DNA of 63,072 nt, filler included, from Intoshia linei (Eukaryota; Animalia; Orthonectida), in NCBI GenBank assembly GCA_001642005.1. It is 9 parts of 9 records of this genome, joined end to end, with 100 filler letters (N's around TTAATTAATTAA, not from the genome) between each part and the next. Parts side by side here need not be neighbours in the genome. Positions count along the whole stretch, not along the records: positions 55,401 to 58,507 come from LWCA01002145.1; positions 58,608 to 61,562 come from LWCA01002182.1; positions 61,663 to 63,072 come from LWCA01002632.1; 6 more parts are not named here. The stretch is one strand, 5' to 3'. Below, piece after piece: positions 55,460-63,072 of the stretch (positions are counted from its first letter, which is position 1; every line of letters begins with the position of its first letter). The translations under genes were made by a program, and so were the position numbers. The notes under the pieces are model-generated. The model made no database searches. It was not told where the DNA came from and was given only the letters and a program-made list of their open reading frames with translations.

Positions 55460-57410
55460 TTTAAAATATGGTTTATACAAATTTGATTTTATTAGATTTG
55501 GTTTCACATTTTTTGATGACGAAAACAATTCTCGTTCACAGTGTGTAGTTTGTAGAGACATTCTTGCTAATGAAAGTATGGTACCTAACAAATTAAAACG
55601 TCATTTGCATACAAAACAGTAATTTATCAGGAAAATCCAGAATTTATTTTGTCTAATTATCAAAATGTTTCAAAAAGCAATGTGAAATTTTTACGAACAC
55701 TGAAAATATCAGATAAAGCTTAGGAGGCCAGTTACCTGGTCGCTCATATAGTGGAAAAAAATAAGCAACCACACTCAATAGCAGAAAAGACGATTAAAGA
55801 ATCTTGTTGTGCAATTGTTTGGATTTGAATTTGAGTCTACAATTAAAAAAATTCCTTTAGCAGACAATACAATTGGAAGACGTATTCAAAATATGTCCGA
55901 AAACGTAAAAATGCAAATCAAAGATATTTTTAATGATAATGATATTATGTTTGCATTGGAATTTGATGAGTCAACAGATGTAAGTGGTCTAGCAAACTTA
56001 ATGGTTTTTATAAGATTTACTGGAGATGACAATATAATTGAACAATTTTTATGTTGCCTCCAAATGCTATTGCGAACGCGAGGAGAGGGTATTTTCAAAT
56101 CTTTAGATTCGTTTATGAAACCAAATGGTTTGTTGTGGAAAAATTGTATTGGATTATGTAGTTATTATTATTATTATTACGGTGCACCCTCAATGGTAGG
56201 CTGTTTAAAAGGTTTTACATTGTTAGAAAAAACTGAAAATGCACATATTATAACCACACACTGATTTATACATCGTGAGGTCTTAATTTCCAAGACTATT
56301 GGAAATGATCTAAAACAAGTCATGGAATAATGTTGTTAAAATGGTTAATTATATTAAAACTTGACCGCTTATATCCAGATTTTTCTCTATTGTATGTGAA
56401 GAGATGGGAGCTCCATATTCTAAAATTACTATACATTCTGATATTCGTTGGCTTTCTATGGGACGTGTCCTTTTTCGTGTATATGTATTGAGAGAAATGA
56501 TGCATGTATTTTTTAAAGATAATAGACAGAGTGAATTTAGTATATTAATCGAAAATCAACTTTAGTGTACTAAATTGGCTTATCTCTCTGATATTTGTGA
56601 TCATTTCAATAGAGTAAATGCAAGTATGCAAGGGAAAGAAGAAAATATATAAACTTTAGTTGATAAAATTCATTCCTTAAAAAAGGAGTTGGGGGTCTGG
56701 AAAAGGCGTATATAATAAAAGTATATATATTATAATAGAAGGAAATTTTGCCATGTTTATAAAAACCAATGAATGTAATTTGAAATATAGTATCACTTCT
56801 TTAATTGTCGATAATTTAACGGATCTAAAAGATAAATTGCACCATTATTTTCTCAATATTAATACAAAAGATTATAACTGGATTAGAAACCCATTCATCT
56901 CAATACCAAAAAATGTTAAATTTATTGAGGAAGAAGAATTTATAGATATTAAAAATGACAGAAGTTTATTAGTTATGTATAATAACGCACATCTCAGCAG
57001 TTTTTATATAAATGTCTCGAAAATATGCCCTACTGTAGCTAAAGAAGCATTAAAAATATTTTTACAGTTTTCAACCACATACATATGTGAAATTTCATTT
57101 TTTGCGATGTTACTAATTAAATCTTACAAACGAGGAAGCTTTAAAATGTTGGATGACGAATTGCGAGGATCATTAACACAAATACCTACTAATGTTAAAA
57201 GAATATGTTTATCCAAACAATCACAAATCTCTTATTAATTTTGTAATTTATTAGATATAAACATTTATATTATACAATGTATATATTATATACAATATAT
57301 TAGTGTACAGTATTAATATTATAAAATAAAAATTTTGTAAATAATTTTTTTTATATTGGTCAAAATTCTGGTGGCTGCAACCCGCAGCACTCTATAAAGA
57401 GCCGCCACTG
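55460..57410 (+). mobile_element. Decayed, near full-length hAT (Buster/Charlie, ZBED8/SCAND3-like) transposon
   Basis: QCVVC..LANESMVPNKLKRHL; PLADNTIGRRI; DESTD; WIRNPF; FSTTYICE; multiple stops and frameshifts; end GAGCCGCCACTG. Confidence 0.92.
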
Positions 57411-57665
57411 TATATTACTAACATTACACTGTATTGTAAATGCATTTAGTCTGAAATACAGGCCGGTTTAATAAGTAAATAAATCAAGATTATAAAAAAA
57501 AATTAGATAATATCCGAATCGTAATAATGAAGTGAATTGAGAGGAAATTATATTTTTATCTATTACCACAGATGCAATTCCTTTTATAGTACTGATCATA
57601 ATAGGTTTTTCATAGTTGCATAATCTTACATATGTATACGATAATACGGTATTATGCGAGGTATT

Positions 57666-57732
57666 AGTAATACCTCGCTTAACAAACAAGATCTCGGAAC
57701 GAATTGGTTCGTTATAGTGAGGTATTACTGTA
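57666..57732. mobile_element. Tiny hairpin MITE with pogo/Tigger-like ends
   Basis: AGTAATACCTCGCTTAAC ... GTTATAGTGAGGTATTACTG followed by TA. Confidence 0.55.
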
Positions 57733-57838
57733 CACGAATTCTCGTTATATTTTGGAATTATAGTTTTAATATTAATTTTTAGTTGTTTTATTGTCATAAA
57801 TTAAAAATTTATTATTAAAAAATTATTTCTACATTCAA

Positions 57839-58507
57839 TTAACAATATATTTTTAAAACATTTTCAGCATATTTATGAGCTGATTCGATAGAATAATCAT
57901 TAATTAACTTTACGTGTAAATCATCCTCAATTGATGCAATTGCTTTTAATTCATCAAGGTTGTAAAGCCAACCAATTCCTACTGAAAAGATTTCAGCTCC
58001 AAATATTTTTGATTTATCAGATTCAGAAATAACGGAATCCGTCTTTTTAGAAGATTTCGTATTTGTCATAAAAATAACAACTCGATCATTAGAAGAAGGG
58101 GAATTTAATAATTTATCATTCATGAGTTTAAAAGCTAGATATGAGTTAGTTCCTTCTTCCAAATTTGAGATTCGCAAAAATTCAATCATATCTTGTGGTA
58201 TGGAATATTGTTCGAAATCAAACATCAAATCTAAACGTAAAATTACATATACATGTTCACTATCTATTATTTTTATCTTATCATCATAAATTTTAATTTT
58301 ATATATTATTAATAATAATATATAAATACATTAATAATGGCGTTAACAATAAAAATAAAATAAACCTGATTTATCTCCATACATAACCATAGCCAATCTA
58401 TAACCTTTTTGATAATTCAAGCCATATATAATATCGCTAGATATAGTTTCAATTACATTATAATACTCTTCAACACCAGAAGTATAATCAATAATTAATA
58501 CCACATC
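57839..58507 (-). CDS. von Willebrand factor A domain protein, 3' fragment
   Basis: DVVLIIDYTSGV..YRLAMVMYGD (58366-58507), then GTNSYLAF, RVVIFMT, GAEIFSVGIG, LDELKAIAS. Confidence 0.8.
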
Positions 58508-59307
58508 NNNNNNNNNNNNNNNNNNNNNNNNNNNNNNNNNNNNNNNNNNNNTTAATTAATTAANNNNNNNNNNNNNNNNNNNNNNNNNNNNNNNNNNNNN
58601 NNNNNNNGAAAAAAAATTTGCTGGCATTGGAAAATGCCATGATATTGAAATAGATAAAAATCTCCTAATTTTAAGTATTGTAATTTGTTTCTCTCTAAAC
58701 TAATGCTAATTAAAATATTTTCAATTTTTCTGTGGTTAATTTAAAGCTATTTCTGGACAATATATTATATTATTTTGTCATCTACATCTATTTATCTGTG
58801 AATTTAACCATTTGGACGTTACAAGAATGGGCCTATTATTCCTACTGAAACAAAATCAATTGCAAATAATCTAATTTTAAACGCTTAGAAAAATACAATT
58901 TTATCAACACTAAAAATATTTTGAATATTTAGAAAAATGACATTAAAATTATATCTTTGAACCCAATTCTCTAAATTTTAATATTTGCTGTTATATTAGA
59001 TTTCACATCAGATTCATCATAAAACAAGTGACTGAAATTTCTTAAATATGATTAATGAGAGAAAACTGTTTTGATTCCTGATTTGAAAAATCTTAAGGGT
59101 TATAATAAGATATTACTCATAAATTTTTTTGGGGCTCGAATATTCAATTATTGATTAACAGAGATTTATCAAAAGAATGTATGAAAATTTTACATAAATA
59201 CTAAATAAATAAAGCAACTACTCCTGTAAATAAACAAGTTGTGATAAAATCTTATTTTAGTACATGAAAAAAATTGTAAAGTCACATCACTGGAGGATAT
59301 AAATTAC

Positions 59308-61437
59308 ATCGTTTTCGTTTAAATATATTTCTCCAAGACGCATGTAACATATTCGTATATTTTCCGGTTGTTGTGTCAAAAACATTGTCCTTTCGTAGCA
59401 GTCCTTAGCTTGATAAAAGGAATTTTGCATATAGTAAGCATGTCCAAGTTTAGCCCAAATATTTGAATTCTATTTTAATATTATAATTATAATAGATGGA
59501 TGTACAAATTACTTGATAATTGGAGCTAATTGCTTTAAAGTAATTTTTTTCTCCGTTTTCGTAATCATCTATCAACATGTAGTAATCCCCCAATACTACG
59601 AGATATTCAGTATTTTCAGTCCCGTTTTCTAATACGTAGTGTGCTAGCGCACGCTCCATGAACTAATATACAATAAATATTTAATTGGACATTAAACAAA
59701 ATTATTAATGAATGCATTCTTTTATCTTCAAATAAAAAGTAATTTATAAATTTTTAAAAGTTATATATTGTAGGACAAATGTGAAAAAATTAAAAAAAAA
59801 GATTATTCTGATTGTAATAAAATGTAAGTGTAAAAACGATTTAGTAATTTTAATTCAAGACGATAAAACAAATAATTAAATAATCTATAGTGAACATATG
59901 TTTACTACACCTCCCTTAAGAGGTCCATAATTGTTGAAAACAAAAATGGAACATTTAATATTTTAAATTAATAAACTACCCATCTGTTTCAACTTAGAAA
60001 ACAAATATTTATATATCTTTCCTTGATAACTTTTATACACTCACTACCATGACAGAAAGATTGTCCGAAGATGAAATATCAATATTTCAAGAAGCATTTT
60101 CTCTATTTGACCAAAACAATGATGGTCTTATTAGTAAAAATGAACTCTTACACGTTTTAAAATCAATCGGAGAAAACCCTACTGAAAGTGAGTTGGATGC
60201 CATGATGAGTAGAGTTGATACCGACGATAATGGTACAATAGATTTTACCGAGTTTTTGACAATGATTGTGACTCAAACTACATCAGACTCAAATACTAAT
60301 GAATTGCGTAGTGCTTTTGAAATTTTTGATAAAAACGGAGATGGTGAAATTTCAAATACAGAATTAAGCTCTGTCATGTCGTCTCTTGGTCAAAATTTAA
60401 CTTCACATGAAATTAACGCAATGATTGAAGCTTGTGACACGGATGGAAATGGTAAAATTTCATTTGAAGAATTTAAAAATCTAATGGGTTCAAAATGACA
60501 AATAATGGTTAATGTTGGATTAAAAAATCATTCCTTAATTTTTTATATTACTAAATAAATTAAATATACCTGTGAACATTTCAATGTAAGCAGTTTTTTA
60601 GCTGTTGTTAAATACATATTTTCTCCTTTTTCTAATGTAACAGAAGCTATATTTTCATTTGTTTCTTGATGTTCATTATTCGGTACAATTTTAGTTACAT
60701 GTTTACTGGATCGCTTTTCTTTTGATAATGTTTCGTTTTTCCTAATACTTTGTGATGTTGATGTTTGAGTGGAATCGGAAATTGAATGATTTTTGTATTT
60801 CGACTCTTCTGATTCGGTTTCAGTTACTAAAATAATAATAATTCATAATTAATAGAAACAGTCGGTAAGCTTACCTCAATTTTGACACCAAATAATATTT
60901 CCAAAAATAACTTAAAAAGTAACTTTACAAATTTTAGTTTTTGATTATGAATTTTTCAACTGAGTTATCAATCTTACAATTGTATTTGTGTATTTTAAAC
61001 TAATGATGCTAGTTTAATTTCTTTTTTATATTTGATTCACAATTAGTATAATTAAAATACATTTCTGAAATATTGAATCATTTGAATTTTCTTTAACGGG
61101 AGTATTTTCACTTTCTGCAATTCTATTGGCATGACTTAATGACATTTCTAGTCCAATTTCATTTCCAATTGCCTCGAAAAAAAGAGCTAATATCATAAAA
61201 TTTTACTTTTATATATTTCATCATACCTTGTGTAATCCAAACTGCAATATCATTTTCGTTGCAATTTATAGCTGCTTCAAAAAATATTTCTGTTTTATCG
61301 TACATTGACATTTCATATAAGACGATTGCATACATTACCAATCTAATATTATATTTTAGTCTCATCTCATGAATGTATAGTATACATATCGCATATCATA
61401 TATTATGATGAAAATATTCTTAAATCCAACAATTTTT
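59308..61437 (-). CDS. CFAP70: Cilia- and flagella-associated TPR protein, internal exons; both ends lost at spacers
   Basis: TEIFFEAAINCNENDIAVW; ENMYLTTAKKLL..Q|FMERALAH; WAKLGHAYY..AKDCYERT..YMRLGEIYL resemble the CFAP70/TTC18 C-terminal TPR region. Confidence 0.75.
60049..60498 (+). CDS. Intronless calmodulin-like protein, 149 aa, four EF-hands
   Basis: EF loops DQNNDGLISKNE, DTDDNGTIDFTE, DKNGDGEISNTE and DTDGNGKISFEE; clearly diverged from canonical calmodulin; AATAAA at ~60554. Confidence 0.95.
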   Translation: MTERLSEDEISIFQEAFSLFDQNNDGLISKNELLHVLKSIGENPTESELDAMMSRVDTDDNGTIDFTEFLTMIVTQTTSDSNTNELRSAFEIFDKNGDGEISNTELSSVMSSLGQNLTSHEINAMIEACDTDGNGKISFEEFKNLMGSK

Positions 61438-63072
61438 ACTAAAAATTCACTTTTACAAACTCCTAAGATGAAAATTCCAATTTTACCAACCCTTAAGTAT
61501 TGATTGTGCCGAAAAAAATTAAGACATACCTGTATTTGATTTATGTTTGTTATTACTATGAANNNNNNNNNNNNNNNNNNNNNNNNNNNNNNNNNNNNNN
61601 NNNNNNTTAATTAATTAANNNNNNNNNNNNNNNNNNNNNNNNNNNNNNNNNNNNNNNNNNNNCTTTTACGATACAAGTATTTTTAATTTTATTTTTTTTA
61701 TAAAATTTAATATTTTCAGTCAAATATCAATACAAAACTTTGTGCTACCAGAATCATTCTCAATAAAAATAGTTTTGAATATTTTGGAGTCATTTTTCAG
61801 TATGCTAAATCAATTGACGGTAATTTAAGATTTCTTGATTTAGATTTTTTACACAAATTATTAATGCAAATTATTTTATTCAGTGTTTACATCATAAAAC
61901 CCCCAAATTGACGAAATTTTTTACATGAGAAAAACGCTAGTCGGTTAATTAGTATTTCTCCAAATTCAAGTGGAATCCTGTTAATCAGGCATTGGATAGT
62001 ATTATAATTTTTATCATGTTAAAAAATGTTTTTTGAAACAATTGTTAACTGGTCAAAATAAGATTAAGATTAAACACTAAAAAAGCTAAAATTTTATGAA
62101 TGGCATAATTATGGGTCCCCTGTTGAACTTAAGATATTCGAGAGCCTCTTCGAGTAGTGCAGTACTCGTCGTAATTTTTGTAAAATTGGGCTTCATTTTT
62201 TCAAATTTAGCAATAAAAATTTAAATTACAATTCTAACAATTTCTAAACGCTAGAGCAGTGTTCCCAAATTGGTCCACTGGAAATTCTAGGTTATCCACT
62301 AAAAAAATTTAAATAAAATGAAGATTTTGGATGCTAAATTTAAAATGTTAAGTCAAGAGCCTTGGATAGGTGGATAGGGACTATATGACACTAGGCATAG
62401 TTTGCAAAAAAGTTTTTTGAGCCTATTTATTTTCGGTGGCCTCGAGCTTTGTAGGTTTGGCTCTGTGCACAAGGGTCCTTACCGTAAAATCAACCAAAAT
62501 TTGTGATAAAATAAAGATATATTTACAAATAATATTCGCTGCCATTTCCTACACTAATATTTTGTCCATCGGTTCAGAAACAGTGAAATGTTGAATATTT
62601 TATCCATAATTAACTCAAGAAATGTCATCTTATTCATAAATTCTATTTTTTTTTAATGAAAAATTAATAATTTTATTAATTGGGTGGGCCAAGGAATGAA
62701 AAATTGTTTTTGGAATAAATTACAATTTGCAAACCGTCACATGGATGATAATTTGTATAAGAATGAAAAGAAAATCAATCAATGTTTTTTAATTGAATAA
62801 TGGAATGGGCGAATAGTGGAGGGTTCGCTGTATTAATTAATTATAAAGTCACATTTATTTCACTTCAATACTTCATGTACTTTAAAATTATTAAAAATTA
62901 CATAACCCCAAAAAAGTAGCGTTACAAAAATCTGGCTTTTACAGAGATCGACATGTTTATGATGACCCCTGGCTCCCCATGGACCCTGTGTATAATGCTT
63001 TGTTTATATTATATTTTATTAATGTAAAGTATTTTAGAGTCTGGCGTTATTATCTATCTTAATAATGACGAA

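Overview
Very AT-rich, intron-containing animal genomic DNA, not prokaryotic. Eight artificial 100-bp spacers (44N-TTAATTAATTAA-44N) split the window into nine pieces, and several genes are cut off at them. Many introns are tiny (35-45 nt); the kb-sized ones are filled with DNA-transposon debris (hAT, Tc1, piggyBac and a foldback-like repeat family). Ciliary genes, fast-evolving proteins and tiny introns suggest a compact, highly derived invertebrate such as an orthonectid-like worm; this is a guess. Genes reconstructed by hand: a giant mega-thrombospondin-like gene (LRR-FN3-fibro-slime/PA14-cadherin-F5/8C-EGF-TSP3), MRPS11, a Tctex1-domain gene, RPS24, ZFAND4, a divergent SIX homeobox, OGT (5' part), clathrin heavy chain (5' part), a divergent GPCR fragment, Smad2/3 (3' part), NudC, a vWA fragment, and CFAP70 with an intronless calmodulin-like gene nested antisense in one intron. 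Most notable: an intron-split fibro-slime PA14-like domain in the thrombospondin, MRPS11 and Tctex stop codons with zero bases between them, and the nested calmodulin-like gene. Exon coordinates were read by eye and may be off by a few bases.
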